This document shows positions 14,186 to 29,000 of a stretch of 64,000 bases of DNA, one piece after another (the first letter of the stretch is position 1; every line of letters starts with the position of its first letter). The position numbers and the translations under genes were made by a program. Source of the stretch: the human T2T-CHM13v2.0 reference genome, Homo sapiens. The stretch lies in assembly GCF_009914755.1 (NCBI RefSeq), contig NC_060926.1; one strand, 5' to 3'. The notes below the pieces were generated by a model that did no database searches, was not told the DNA's origin, and was given only the letters and a program-made list of their open reading frames with translations.

Positions 14186-14584
14186 CAGCATGTAGGTGCA
14201 CAGATCTTGCTACATGCCCACCATTGAGCCCTTTCCCTGAAAGGTAGAGCTAGACATGCGAACATTGGCTGACATTAGGCACAATAAGCCCAGAAATCCT
14301 TTAAAATAAAGCCCCATGTTTTTAATAAATACTTGCACGTAATCATACTAAATATTTCTGATTGATGTGCCTTCCATATGCAGTTTGAAACAGAGGTTTT
14401 CCTTTCATGCCCAGCATAGGTTTCAAACATTTCTGGAAGTCTCTCATTCTAAAATGCCTGAAAATATTCTCATAACAAAAAGGGTCATTTTTTTTGCCTG
14501 TGAATCTTCTTTATAAGCATTTTATCTTTACTTTGACATGAATTCTTTCAGAGCAGGTTGGCTATGGCTGCCACAGTAGTCAAC

Positions 14585-14586
<2 letters not shown>

Positions 14587-14619
<33 letters not shown>
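14587..14619. repeat. (CA)n microsatellite
   Basis: direct reading. Confidence 0.95.
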
Positions 14620-14621
<2 letters not shown>

Positions 14622-15860
14622 CCCCAACAACAATATAAAATATCATTAACACTTACATTTGTGTATCACCATTTGGGTGGGTTCTGACCAGATGTAAAAA
14701 AAAAAAAAAAAAAAAAAGACCTACTTATTTCAAAATGCTGGCAGATGGAACCCCTACGTTTTGGCCACAGAAAGCAGCAAGCAATCTTACCACCAACAGG
14801 ACTTTCTATGCTTTATTTCTCCTAGAAGTGGAAGCCAGGGTCAGCATAACGGGGTCCCGAGAGGGAGCTCTGTTCTCACCACGAGTGCTGGCTGGGACCC
14901 CTCTCCCCAGGATGCGGAAGGCTACAAGGCTGGGTGATGCGGTCGGTGTATTTGATCCCGCTGGGAATGGAGGAAGCAGCGTGCTTTTCCCATCAGACTC
15001 GTATAGTCAGCAGGTGAGACGCCATTCAACCTGACGACGTCCTTTTATTATTGTTTTGAATTTTGACCAGCTCCAGCCTCTCAGAGCCCAAATTCCTGAG
15101 CTTGGCCTCCAGAGCTCTTTCGACCTGGCCCCAGCCTGCTTCACTCTCCAGCTCTGCTTCCTGAACTGCCCATCACAGACATGTTCAATACATCTTATTT
15201 TATAAAATAGATGTCCCCCAAATCCCCCCAAATGAATCCTCATCGATCTGAGCCTCAACATCTGTTTCCTATAAATAGGTGTCCCGGAACCTGCCACGTG
15301 CAGTCTACTTGTTGAAGAAACAGTCTCTTACCCATTCACAGATGTTCATACAGAAATTAGGACATAAACTCTCTTAGAATATAATGCTAGAAAAGATAGG
15401 TATAACAGTGCCTACCCGAGCAGAGAAATCTTTATTGCCCCTGAAAAACTGATTTGCTTTCAAATGTCAGATGGTTTCTCTCTTTGCCCTGGCTGCCAGG
15501 AACCTCAGAGTTGAATGCGATGTCAAATCCTACTTACTATTACCACCCTCATGTTTCACCCTCTGCTTCCTGCTTTATTCCCCAAAATTTCTATTTTATC
15601 TTTGTTAAACGTAGCGAGTTCTCATTATTGCTACCCTTTGGGTTGGTTGATGTTCCATTTGTAGGTATATTATAAGGGCATGTGTGATTGAGTATTTCAA
15701 GATATAAAAAAGCCTCAGATGCTTTTGAAAATAGAATCATATAATAAAATTCAAAGTTTTAGATCTGATTTCTTTTAACCTGGGTATGTGTTTTATGAGA
15801 GTGGGGATGGGAGAGAGAAATTAAATTCATTTTCTTTTGATAGTGGCAGTGAGAGGGCCC

Positions 15861-16285
15861 TGATATGATTTGCGTGTTTGTCCCCTCTAAATCTCATGTT
15901 GAAATGTGACCCCCCAGTGTTGCAGGTGGGGCCTGGTGGGAAGTGATTGGATCATGGGGTGGATCCCTTATGAATGGCTTCGCACCATCCCCTTGGTGAT
16001 GAGTGAGTTCTCGCTTAGTTCACACGAGATCTGGTTGTTTAAAAGAGTGTGTCACTTCCTCCCCCGCCCTCGCCTCTTGCTCCCATTCTTACCATGTGAT
16101 GTGTCTGCTCCCACTTCACGTTTTGCCATGATTGGAAGCTTCCTGAGGCCTCATCAGAAGCAGATGCTGGCACCATGCTCCCTGTACACCCTGTAGAACC
16201 ATGAGTCAATTAAACCTTTTTTCTTTGTAAGTTACCTAAATGCCTCCAGTATTTCTTTAAAGCGATGCAAGAGCAGCCTCACACA
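15861..16285 (+). mobile_element. MST (MSTB-like) MaLR solo LTR
   Basis: TG...CA termini (tgatatgatttg...cctcacaca), aaatctcatgttgaaatgtga, ggaagcttcctgaggcctcatcagaagcagatgct; 5-bp TSD ggccc/ggccg. Confidence 0.92.
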
Positions 16286-16599
16286 GGCCGTCTTTAGGCA
16301 TCGGGAGTCTGTCCTGATTCCTGGGCATGAGCCGTGCAGCTCAGCAGGTGATCTTCTGCACACATTGAAGGGACGAGAAGGCAGCCAGGGATCAAACAAG
16401 CTGTGAGGGAAGAAATGTGGAACAGGGAGATAAAACTCCTTTCTACTGGGAAAACAGTTTTGTTCAAACTAAATAGGGAAGAAAAGAAGGAAAGGAGAAC
16501 GTTTGGGTTGGGAGGAACTGGTAAGTGTTTAACCGATTGGATGGCAAACAGGTCTTTGAATTCATAGTGACTGCGCTTTCTCCCTGGAGGACTCCATTG

Positions 16600-16890
16600 T
16601 GACTTCTGCCCAGCATCCCTGCTTTCCAGCTTCATCCAGTGAAAATCAGCCAGAGAATCTCATCGCCTTGGCCACAGTCAAATGAGTACACCTGTGCCCA
16701 GGACAGACCATCGGAATCCTTCCTTGGAATCTGATGTAAGGATACTTGGAGGAAAGAGCTAATTTTTCTCTAAGTGGCCTCCCCTGGGGTGGGAGGCTGC
16801 TGCCATGTCTCTTTGCCTAAAGGAAGCAGATTTGTAGGCCAACATAAAGAAGCTCAAGCTCACAGAACCTGAGTTTCTGTCACTTGCATC
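16600..16890 (+). mobile_element. old MLT1 (J/K/L-like) LTR remnant
   Basis: ccttggccacagt, ends gagtttctgtcacttgcatctgaacgaattctgact, an MLT1-type 3' end; approximate. Confidence 0.5.
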
Positions 16891-17519
16891 TGAACGAATT
16901 CTGACTCACATAGTCTCATTTTACAAGTCAGGGGAGAGAAGCCCAGACAGGCAAAGGAACTTCTTGTGGCCACCTAGCAAGGGGTCTGGGGCTCCCAAAC
17001 TTGATCAGGGCCATCCTAGCTACACCCTGCCACTCATTTCCCCTGTGTGGGCTCGAGGTAACCAATGCCCTATGTTCAGAGTTCACTCCCAGGAAGAGGA
17101 AAGACCGCAATCTTCAATGAGTTCCCTCTCAGTCCCCTTCATCCTTGTTCTTTCCCCTCCTTTATCCTAAATTCACAGGGAAGAAAAAAAAACTACATGA
17201 CTATGCATTCTCTCTGAAAATCTACCAAAATTGGGAACTCAGCCATTCCCCTGAGCCCTGCTCCCGGCTGGTACCCGTTAAGACGTTTCCATTTTTTTCG
17301 ATAAGAACTTGCGTGGTGAGATTCCACATGTGTTTGAACAACAATTCATGTTTGTCTCAGCCTCCCTCTTGCTGAAAACCCCCAACTGCTTTGTGAAAAT
17401 GATACTTGCCATTCTCTCCATGGAGAAGAGGAAAACAGAAGGAAGCAGAGGTGTTTCTCCCAGGTCCTCTATCACAGCTACACAGAGAAGCGACGTCTTG
17501 ATTCACACCATGTTGGAGG

Positions 17520-17700
17520 CAGCCTTGGGATCAACCCCTGACCTAAGCCCCATTTAGTGACCGTGCCAGGGGGGTGAGTTACTTCCTGTCCTGAGCCTCC
17601 TTTTTTTTTCACCCATAAAATGGAGAGAATAGGAATGTGATTCAGTGAAATCCTGTATTCAGAGCACCTGACACAGGTCTTGGAACATGGCAGGTCCTGC
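17520..17700 (+). mobile_element. MIR remnant
   Basis: gagttacttcctgtcctgagcctcc...cccataaaatggagagaatag...agagcacctgacacag. Confidence 0.6.
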
Positions 17701-18050
17701 GTTAATGTTAATTTCCTCCTCCTTCCTGTCTCTGCTGATGAGGAAAAGAGTGTTTCCTGTGATACACCACTCTACCTGCTCCCAAGTAAGCCACACAGAA
17801 TTATCATATCTTCTCATACATAAATATACATCAGATGAATGGTGTAACATTATTAGCATAATGAATATTCTAATTATGTCTCTAACATTAAAGCTGGCAC
17901 CAAACATTAATCTCTAGGGAATACCAATTGCCAAGGTTGTAATTACCAACCTGTGATGGGGGGGGGGGTTACAGAAGGGATTGAACTTGTGAAATCAATG
18001 AGCCATTACATTTTTCAAAACACAGGAGGAAATCTATTACAATAGAGCAT

Positions 18051-18095
18051 TCACACACACACACACACAACACACACACACACAACACACACACA
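18051..18095. repeat. interrupted (CA)n
   Basis: direct reading. Confidence 0.9.
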
Positions 18096-21049
18096 CCACC
18101 ATCCCGCCACTCTCATATCATTTCTTTTTATATCACGTTACTGAAATGACAGAACAGGTGAGTACCACAAATTTAACTGGTACCTCTGACAGAAGATTTA
18201 CAAAGGCTAGGAGCTGGCTAGGAAACTTCCCCATATTTCTCTAACAACAGCCCTAGGCAGGTTTTTAGCAGAATAGTCCCATTTCTCACTTGGGAATCTG
18301 AGGTATAGAGAGGTTAAGTAATAATAATTGTAACCAAAACAAAAAGTAACACTTTTAAGTGTTTTTTATCAGCAACATTTCCAGAGTGATTTACACAAAT
18401 TATAGTTATTATCACCCCTGTTGTATTCCATGATACAAACACTTAGCAAAAGTCATTTGGCTAAACTTTGGTGGTGCCAGCGTGAAACCAAGGTTGTCTG
18501 GAAATGCTGAGAAACCCTTCCCAATGTCCAAGCTCACACAGGTCCATAGTCAGGAAGCTGTGATTCAAACCCAACTCTGGAATATGGCAAAGTCTACACT
18601 CTACACAATCATTTCTGGCATTCAGCAATTAATGTGACACGATTTCTTATGGGTTTCTGGAAAATAAAAGAAAATATAGGTTCAACTGGTTGCCTAACTG
18701 AACTGGAGTGCTGATCACAGAATTTCTGGTAAGCCAGGGCAAAGTCCATCCTAGGCATTGTCAGGAACCAGACTTGAGTCAACAACTCAGATGGGAACAA
18801 ATGAGGTCACAGCTTATAGTTTTAGAAGACAAGAATATAGGCAGAAGAATGTGCAGATGAGGCTAGGGTGCTAACACTGGGGAATGCATACACATCTCAG
18901 CCATCTCATCAGGAACATAGGCCTGGCTTTGTCTGGAGTTCAGGGTTTAAAGCCCAGCTTGTCCACATCCTTATTTGTTTTCTGTAACGCACCTGAGCCC
19001 GCTCTTGGCCTCAGGCATCCAGGGGCAACTGAGGTCCAGAAGCCTAAGCCTTGAGTGGATATTGTACCTGCTCAGTTAAAGAAAGTGTGTGGGCCTCCAT
19101 CCACAGGCACCACAGGCGCCAAGTGCTGGGCCAAGTCCGTGTCCCTCTGTGTGTTCAGCGCTGGAGACCACGTGGGGCAGAGCATCCAAGAGCCGGTGCT
19201 TGGACCTCCTCTGGGGTTTCAAGTGAGAGCCTTCACAGCCACAGAAGCCACGATCGTTTTTCTCTCTACACACTATGCCTTTGCTTTCCCCAAATCCCAA
19301 TCAATCCTTCCATCAATGTGCCCATTCACTCAGGCACTCATGTGTTCATTATTCAGTGCGCATCCTTGATAGGTGGAGACGCTGACCCCGCCCCAGCTCT
19401 GGGAGTGAGCATGCTAGCCCGGCGTCCTCTGGGGTTTCATGAGGGCCAGGCATGATTAAAGTCCACTGGAATTAAACCTGGATATTTGCTGCTGGGGGTT
19501 ACATGGGGGCAGCCTGAAAACAAAGTCTCAGAGGAAGCCGAAGCCATGCGATGCAGAGAACAAATGGGTCCGATGACGCCAGCCAACCCAGCTCTCCGCT
19601 CCCGACTCCCTGGCACATTTCAGTAGGCAAAGCCAATAAAGCCCTTTCTCCATCCTTTTTTTTTTTTTTACTTTAAATCTGCTTGAATTAGGTTTCTTGT
19701 CATTGCTTCTGGAAGAATCCTGACTTATAAATTAGCCTTCAAGGGCCAGCTCATGGCCCGCTTCCTCCGCAGAACTCTTCACTCGGTGAAAGGAGAAAGC
19801 AGCCCCTGCCTGGCTCTATTGTGGATTGAGAGTCATGCTACTGTGTGCTTTCTCCTAATGCCTTCTCAATCAAATGCTGAGCTCCTGAACCAGGCAAGCC
19901 TCTCATTTTAGATTCTGGGATGCCACAGGACCTGAGAGTGCTGAGTAATAAATGCTCGGTAAACAGGACTTCCTGCTTGTTTACTGTCTAGCACACGTTT
20001 ACCCGCTCTGCTTTCATTCAACAGAATTTTTCCCAAAGAAGAAAATCCCTATCTGTCCCCTCACCATCTTTCAAAGGGAATATTCCACAAACTAGCCCTA
20101 TTCATGCGTTCAATCAGTGGATATTTCCTTTAGCGCTTAGTATGTGCCGGACCTTGGTGCTGGGTACAGGTGGTGCAGGTGTCAGTATGTCCTCGTGGCC
20201 TAGTTGGCCAACAAGTGGCCCTCAGTGTGAGAAAGGTCATGGCAAAGGATGAAGATGCTATAAGAACCCTCAGGAGGAAGCACCACCTCTAACTTTGATA
20301 TGATCTGCCATGTGGCTGCTGATGCAGAACTGGAGACGGGATCTGGATGTACAGACAGGTGGGGATGATAGGAGGCAGAAAGAACTGATAACTTCAGGAA
20401 AAATTAGCATGCTGTTTGTATAAGGGAACATATATTGAAATCCATCTGTCATGGTCTCCAAGAAGATTCTGCAATATAAAATCAGTATAAAAATACAAGA
20501 AAAAATAAGCACTCACATGACATCATAAATAAATAGGTTTGGCAAATACTCACTGAATTGGCAATTTGTTACCAGAGGCCACAAACTCATGGCTCCCTTC
20601 AAATTTTAATTTAAAAACTTACAAATGCAGAGGAAAACATCTGCATTGTATTTCCAGAGGAATACAGCCCTGTGACGCCAGAACCTTATATTCTCAGTTT
20701 CCCAGGGAACCAAATCAAAGGAATCCATCTTGATATGCCTCCTCTCTCTGAAATCTTACAGCAAATTCATTCATTGAATGCTTCTAAAACCCTGTATATG
20801 TTAAGCAATATGTTAGATGACCACAATACAATGGCATATGTTCCCAGAACTTCTAGTCTGATGGCAGATCGAATCAGGAAACATTGATCACTTGCGACGC
20901 ACTGTGAACCGATGATCATTTCTATGGAATGCCACAGTCAGTGATGACAGCCTGATAATATTCTGACTGTGCATTGCTTTGCTGTGTATATTGCAATATT
21001 TGCCTATCTAACACCTGTGGGGGAAAGGACCATGCTGACCTTTTAGGGT

Positions 21050-21530
21050 CCTCTCACCACTCTCAGTCCAGATAGTGTGGGTGGGGCTGGCAAGCAGTCC
21101 TGACCCCTAGAAAGGATAGGATGCCCAGGCCTAGGCAATGAGAACATTCCATCACTCTGTCCGCAGCCACTGGGTCAAGGGAGAATGTGACCCAATATGG
21201 GCCGATTAGAACCAGAGCATCAACCTTGAGAACGCTAGAGACAAACAGGAAACTGAAGATTGCTTTCCATTGGCTTACTGACCTGAGAGGACAGAAGCCT
21301 GAAGTCTCCTGGATCCACTATGTGGGGAGCATGCCCCTGAGTATGAAGCCACGGGAAGGGGACAGATTCTGTCCCAATGATTTCAGTAACCACTGCTCTA
21401 GTTCTGCTCACTGGAACCAGATGGTTCTGCCCTGACACTTTTCAATTGCATGAACCCACAAATTCCCTCTTTGGCTTAAGCTATAGAAAAGAATTGCTGT
21501 CACTTGCAATCAAAACATCTTAATTAACAC
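21050..21530 (+). mobile_element. old MLT1 (MLT1K-like) LTR remnant
   Basis: tgtgacccaatatgggccgattaga; ends aaattccctcttttggcttaagcta...ctgtcacttgcaatcaaaacatctt. Confidence 0.55.
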
Positions 21531-21985
21531 TGTGTTGAATCCACTCAACTCTGGGGTAATCAATTAAGGTGAAGCCATGTATCTTTTCCTGTGTCCTCCA
21601 CTGGCCCTTGTCCAGTGCGCCCTGAAGGACCCACGCAGCAAGTACTCACTAGGAGGACGAACAACCCTGATTATAACTTTACAGGGTAATTCACACCATG
21701 TTCATGGAGCAGGACCCATATCCTGGTTCAAAATATTCTATATTCTAGCAAACAGGCATCAGTGACTGAGTCTGGAGGCCATAAAGTTGTTCTTAGCTTT
21801 GTGGTTTCTCCCCAGGGCAAGCTGGCTCTGGGAAACTAATAGGTTCAGATGAAACTCACAGGAAAATGATTAAAGCAGATGGTAATTTACTAATAACCAC
21901 AGTAGCTGCCAGTCATTGAATAGTTACCATGAGACAGACTCTAGCCTAGACATTTACACATCTCATCTCTGTTGCTGTATTATAG

Positions 21986-22098
21986 GCTCAGGAAAGAAAA
22001 ACAACATCCCTCATCCATCTTCTCTTTCAGAAAGGGTCATGACAGCCAAGGATGGCTTTGTAAGCAGATGCCATCTGCTGATGCAGCCGAAGCAGCAG
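21986..22098 (+). other. candidate internal exon (113 nt), host transcript unknown
   Basis: acceptor-like tctctgttgctgtattatAG|G and donor CAG|GTccct; stop-free frame GSGKKNNIPHPSSLSERVMTAKDGFVSRCHLLMQPKQQ; donor is weak. Confidence 0.3.
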
Positions 22099-23128
22099 GT
22101 CCCTTACTTGCCGAGGCCCCTTCCACGGCCCTGCATGCTCTCCTTGGAGGGCATGGAAGGAAGAAAGGAGGGCACGGAGAAGGAAGGGTGCAGCTCTGCC
22201 CCAGCCTGGGGTCTTCCTCTTCGCCCTGGCGATGGTCCTGAGCATGGGGCAGAGTCGATAGGCTGCAGCGCTGTCTCTACACCACACCAGTGTCCAGCCC
22301 CTGTCTCTGACCCTAACAGGAAGAATCTGAACAAGCAGCTGCTTTGGTCCTGCTCCGTGTTTGGAGGTATCACACCCAATCTCACTCTCAAGGGCCAACT
22401 CACCCCCAACAACGGCGGAGGTTGGAGGGCAGGGTGGTGCATGGACCTCGCTAAGCAGCACCAGCCACTGAGGCAATAGTGTGACAGCCTATGCCTAGTG
22501 AGACCCACAGTTGACAGTTGCCCAAGGTCATCTCTGGGAAGCAGCTCTGCACAAGCAAGAAATGGCAGGGGCGGTCCCAATGACCGCAGTGAAGAGTCCT
22601 GCAGGTGAAGGGGACTTCCCTAAACAACCGAGAATCCACAGCAAGCTCCACCAGCCATCCCTGAAGAAAGACTGAATTCTTCCCACTCACTCAAAAGGAA
22701 ATAACCTTACAAAACTGTTGTCATATGAAGAGGCAATCACAGGACATGAAGCCAAAAATCTGGAGAAAAAAATATATACTATAGAGGTGTGTTGGGCAGC
22801 TAACTAGCAATAGTGTGCTATTTGTGGGGGGTTCTGTCACGACAGTGATATTTGTCAATTTTTAAATTTGTCGTGTTTTTTTCCCCATTCTAAATAAATT
22901 TTTATGCCCATTCCTCATTGTGTATTTAAAATCTGTACTTTTAAGAGAGCACCAAAAATTGTACAAGCTTTTGACTCCACACAACCTGGATGTACCCTTG
23001 GCTTTGAGAAATCCGACATCAAAAGTTAACTCCCCATTCCCCAGCATGAGGCCTACATCTGTTTTCTTTATCAATAGAAATGCATCCCTTATTTTTAAAC
23101 CTAAAGGGGGAATACTTTTGACTACTTT

Positions 23129-23415
23129 GTTTTTTTATTTTTATTTATTTATTTTATATATATATATTTTTATTATACTTTAAGTTCTTGGGTACATGTG
23201 CACAACCTGCAGGTTTGTTACATATGTATACATGTGCCATGTTGGTGTGCTGCACCCATTAACTTGTCATTTACATTAGGTATATCTCCTAATGTTATCC
23301 CTCCCCCCTCCAACCACCCCACAACAGGCCCTGGTGTGCGATGTTCCCCTTCCTGTGTCCAAGCGTTCTCATTGTTAAATTCCCACCTATGAGTGAGAAC
23401 ATGCGGTGTTTGGGT
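23129..23415 (-). mobile_element. L1PA 3'UTR fragment (5'-truncated insertion)
   Basis: T-rich tail then tattatactttaagttc...gtacatgtgcacaac...cccacctatgagtgagaacatgcggtgtttgg. Confidence 0.95.
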
Positions 23416-26400
23416 TTAGCCTAACAAGGTTGATGAAGGTGAGAAACGCCAGTTCAGTACCTGGAATTCACCCCTGGGGCTGCAAGAGGGTGAGAACCCC
23501 TGACAGACAACCAGTCAGAAGGAGAAGTGGAGGTGTCCAAAGAAAACGTGAAACTATTCCACGGTTGTATACAGGATCAGTGCTGAGGATAAGAACCCTC
23601 TTCCCACTACAGCCAGCTGATTAACTGCCAAGACAAACCTGGACTCCACCTAATCCAAAGCTATCAAGTGGTGGCCATTTCCAAGTTTCCCTACTCTACG
23701 TCCACCCCCAAACCCACTATCACCCAAGCCTGGGTGGCTTTCTGCCCTGATCTCCGCCATCAGCCACTGGCCTCTCCTTTCTGCCGCGTTTTCCATTTCC
23801 TCCTCCCACCCACAGCGTGAGAGGGAAGAAACTCCCAAACAGAAGCCACCTTAATCCTACTGGCCTTCAAGTTTAATTCCATGCATCCTCTCCAGATAAC
23901 CTCAGCCAGCACCCATCAGCTTCCCTAGAAATTGCCAAGTCTGAGCTTCTGTTTATAAATTCCCCCCCCAGCCTGCAAGGGAATGCTCTCTGTCCTGGTC
24001 TTCCCGATCTCCTCCCTCATTTGCCCAGGGGCTATCCAGTCCTCTTCTTGCACAAGCTGGACATGTCACCACCTCTCCCACCCCCTCGTCAGGGTCTCGT
24101 ATTGGTCCAAGAGTTGCCACACAGAATTTGAGTCCCTCTGAAGGCCCCCATTCTCTGCTTAAGAAGTAAGCCCCCAAACAGATGGATGTAAAAAATCAAG
24201 GATGCAGAAACACTCCATAGAAGCTGGTATAACTAAAATACTTAATTCATTGATGTGTCTCAAGAAGGGAGAATTGATAAAGCCATGGACTTAAAAAAAA
24301 AAAAAAAGTGAACTCTGCATGCTTGTAATGCAGTGGCCAGCACATGCCCGATGTCCCCTGGGAGAGGGCCAGGCTTGGAGTCTGTTGGGATACCCTGGAG
24401 CTGGGCTATCAACTCCTCTGGGAGGAACTCCCCAGCAGATCCACCTGCTGCAAAAGCTCCTTGTGAGAGCAGACAGATGAGGGGGCCACTTCCTCAAGTG
24501 GGCAAGCAGCTGCCAAGAGTGTGATTTAAAGGATGCTATGAAGACACTGTGCCCCAAACATCTCCCTGCTATGCCCCCCAGCACACCCTGGCTGGAACTA
24601 AAGTCCCCATCATTGGAGCTGCAGGCACCCAGCCTTCTCAGTTACTGAGCAGATAATGCATAGATGTCTTCACTGACCTTCTGGTCCCCAGAGCCTAAAT
24701 GCAGGTGAGGGGTAAAACAAGCACATTTCCTGCAAGGACAGGTGGGGCACACACAGAGTAGGATCTCACTCTGTTGCTTACTTCTGTTCCTTCCATTTTC
24801 TCCCCTCTGCCATGCCACATTCCACACAGGATTCAAGGCAGCGCCAGGCCTTTTCTGGCCTCCACCATCATGAGCACATCCCAGGGGTCAGCATGAAGAA
24901 TGCTGTACCGGTCCCTTCAGAAGGTGACTGAGACCCAGTGCCGAGGGAGCCAGAAGAGGCAGGAAGGACACAAGAGCCACAGGGGCTGTGCTAAAAGCCA
25001 AAGGCTAAGATGGCCCAGGCCATGCCAGGGAAGGGTTATGAGAATAAAGAGATGTTATTTTGCAAGTCTCATCCCATGCTTTCTGTATGAGCCACCTCTG
25101 CAGAAGACCAGCCACCCCTTCTTATCTCCACTCTACCTCAAACCAGCTCCTACTTTGCCCCAGCAATTACTTCCCTGTATCGTCACTTTACACATCCAGT
25201 TCTCTACTGCCTGGCAGTGATTGTTGAACAAGAAAGTTATGAAAGCCTTTTAATGATTTTAAAGACACATTAAAAATGATAAAAGGTGGAATCACCAAAT
25301 ATTTGCATTCATGGCTATACTATCATTTTGTAATCTAAGAAGTGTATATTTAATTTTTAAAAAAGAAAAGTCTGTTAGGAGAATATAGCATTGAATAACT
25401 GTAAACACTCCCCAGGGATTTGGAAATGAATAACATAGACCCTCTCTCTTTTTTCTAAAGAAATTTAGTAATTATATTGCTGCGAAATGCAAACTATTCG
25501 ATATACTATCTGGCCACTGAAATTCAACCAAGAGACACTAACAGTCACCTGCTCCCTTTTGGAAGGTCTGTTACATTTCTACCTCCATAATGAGCGGATG
25601 TGTAAATGTAAAAGAAAAAAAAGTGTTGAGGCCACAGTTATGTGAAGCTCCTCATCCAAGCTCTTCATGTAAGCAAATTACAGAAATCATTTTCCATCCA
25701 AGGGTCGAGGCTAATGCAATAAGCCCGAATCAAATACGACATGGAGAAATCACATATGCTGATGCTAGATAAACAAACTAAGCAAACTTTAACTTACCAA
25801 AGAACAAAGGGGTAAAATGATATTGAAGGAAGGTTATGTAATTTCTGTGTTAAATATTGGATAAGGTACTCACAAGCAGTTCTTTACACATGGCCACAGA
25901 CTCACTTTTGCATATGATGCTATTCACATTGAAACATTAAAAATGCTGTGGATACTTAATATATCTCTGTAGTTTGTGTAATGACATTAAACTGTTGTAC
26001 TTTCTAATTATGCTATTTTTAATTTTTATGCAATAATCATGTCAGTCAACCCAAAGATCCTAACTCAATTAACTATACATAGAGAATATTCCTGAAAATT
26101 TTATCAAGATTTTGACATATTTAGCACCACCTGATGGTACAAAAGAGAGATGGGAATGGGTCTTAATATTTGAACCACAGAAAGGGAAATTATGTCTTAT
26201 TATATTAATGTATATGTTTTAAAACACAAAATATTTTGAGAATTTTAGGATGGGGCATCAATTTAGAAGATTTTCATGTAAAATCTATCAAAATTATATT
26301 TATATAGAAAAAGGAAAACTGAGAATAAGAATTCACAAATCACATCATTATTTCTTCATATCAAAACATTTTATTTGATAATCTAAGTTATAAAGAATAA

Positions 26401-28583
26401 CCCATATACAATTATGTATTTAAAAAAACCCTTGAAATGCCAAAAAAATGCCAATAGAGAATACCAAATATCACACACGTTGCAACATGACACTTCCCAA
26501 AATTTGGACTCTTCCATATTTAAAATACAAAGACTTAAAATATGATGGAGAATTCCAGTTTTACTATGAAACAGAAAAAAGCTATTTTAACCCTCTTGCA
26601 AAACCAATCGGCAAGTTGTGACAAAACTCAGAGGCTTAGGCAACCCAAACTATAACATATGAGGAATAGAAGCTGAGTCTACACTCAAACAGGAGAGAGG
26701 GTTCCAGGGCTACAGAGTTTAGACAAGGGTTAGAAGCCAAAGGTCCCAAAGGAAATGGCATACTCACAGAGTCAAATGAACCTCCGTTGTTGGGGACAGC
26801 AGGGAGAGGTGGGGAGTGGGTGTCTTCCACGGACGCAGAAAAGGAAAGCAAGACATGGTGAGCTAGATGGGAAATCTATCAGACATGCCATAAATGCAGG
26901 AAGCAGACTCTCAGTGAGGCAGGAGGCAGAAGAAATAGTATTATGGGCAGGGTTGCATCTACACATTTCAGATGACTTTCAGAGTAAAGGCTGGAAAGAA
27001 TGCCCTCAAACAGGCTGTGTCCTATGAAGAATTCCTGCTAACGCATTCATGGCCCTGCCCTCCAGTGTGTCGCTCTGCAATTAACTGGACCAGAAATAAT
27101 TTGCTTCATTCAAATATAATTATAAGAAAAAAAAAAGCCAGCACCCAGATGAATGAAAAGAAAAAATACTGCAGGAAAAGAAGTAAATCTTACATAAACG
27201 AAAGACAAACATCAACTAGAAATATGTTACTATGGAGAAGCTCAAAAGTGTGATCTATAACATATAACCGTGTGTTTTGAGCAAATCACCTTGACAGAAT
27301 ATGATCTCAAAGTAGCTGCAAGAACTCAGGAAAACTATATTTCACCAACAACAGGTGATAAAACGAGTTGGTAGTACTCAGCAAATATTTGGAAGAGAAA
27401 TTAAAACCATCACAGAAACAAAAGCCCCACTGACAGCAATTTTGAGGAATAGAGAAACTGGTAACCTAGCAAGACATAGCAATCAAAAGACTGAGAAATG
27501 CAATCAATCAAAATAAAGTTAGAATAAGCAAAGGTTTAAAAGAGCCAGAGAGAAAATGAAAGATAAGAAAGACAAACCAAGAGATCCAACATATGCCTAA
27601 TTGGTATCTCTGAGATGAAACAGTTAAAATATGTTTATATTTGTATATATCTAAATACATTAGGAAAACTTTTGAAAAATAAAATGTTTTAATCTACAGA
27701 ATCAAAAAACATATCCCAGAGAAAATTGAGTCAAAAAAAATTTTAAGAAATTGAAGACTAAGTGTATTCTATAAAGTAATAAAAGAGAACATTAAAACAA
27801 ATACAAACTTTGAAAATTGTGGAAACAAACACACAGATAAGAAAATATTAGTTCACAAAGAAAACCTCAATTAATTCCTCAAATTGGAAATAATAAAATG
27901 CCCTGATCACAATGAACAAAGCTAGAAATTACTAATAAAACTAAAACATAAAACTAACAAACAAATTCCTACCACTTGGAAACTTAAAGGCTTTTTCTCA
28001 ATTCATAGCTAAATAAGAAATCAAAACTGAAATTTTGTTATAATTAGAAAATAGCAAAAATTAAAATGCTAATCAGTAGAACCAATGGGTTACATCTAGA
28101 GTGGAACTCAGAGAAACACCCATAACCCCAAATACATTAATATATTAATAAACAGAAAAAACTAAAAATATTTGAACAGTTCATCCAAAGGAAAATAATA
28201 GAAAATAGATCAAGTAAAGTCAAGAATAACAGAAGGAATGAATTAGTAAGCATAAAATGTGAAATTAATTAGGAAACTAAAAAATGATAGTAATGATAAA
28301 TCCAAGAGCTATAAATAACTGAATATATAAATATATAAGTTAATTATTTTCTAACCTAATTTTAACAAATAAAAAATACACAAATAAACACTGTAAGACA
28401 TGATAAAGGGAGAAATTTTAGGACTCATAAGAGATCACTTTACTGAATTCTCTGTAACTCTAAGAATCTGAGTAGGTGAAATTATTTTCTAGAAAAGATA
28501 AATCACCAAAACTTTCATCAAAAAATTTAGGAATTCTAAGTAGACCAATTACTCTAGAAGAAATAGAATTGTTAAAGTGCTAA

Positions 28584-29000
<417 letters not shown>

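Noticed and set aside
14696-14717. Isolated poly(A) run
   Set aside because: No recognisable upstream retrocopy or TSD; treated as a mononucleotide microsatellite
21916-22580. Overlapping 149-187-aa ORFs on both strands as complete genes
   Set aside because: No domain similarity; overlapping frames are typical of GC-richer non-coding DNA; only the 113-nt exon candidate is retained
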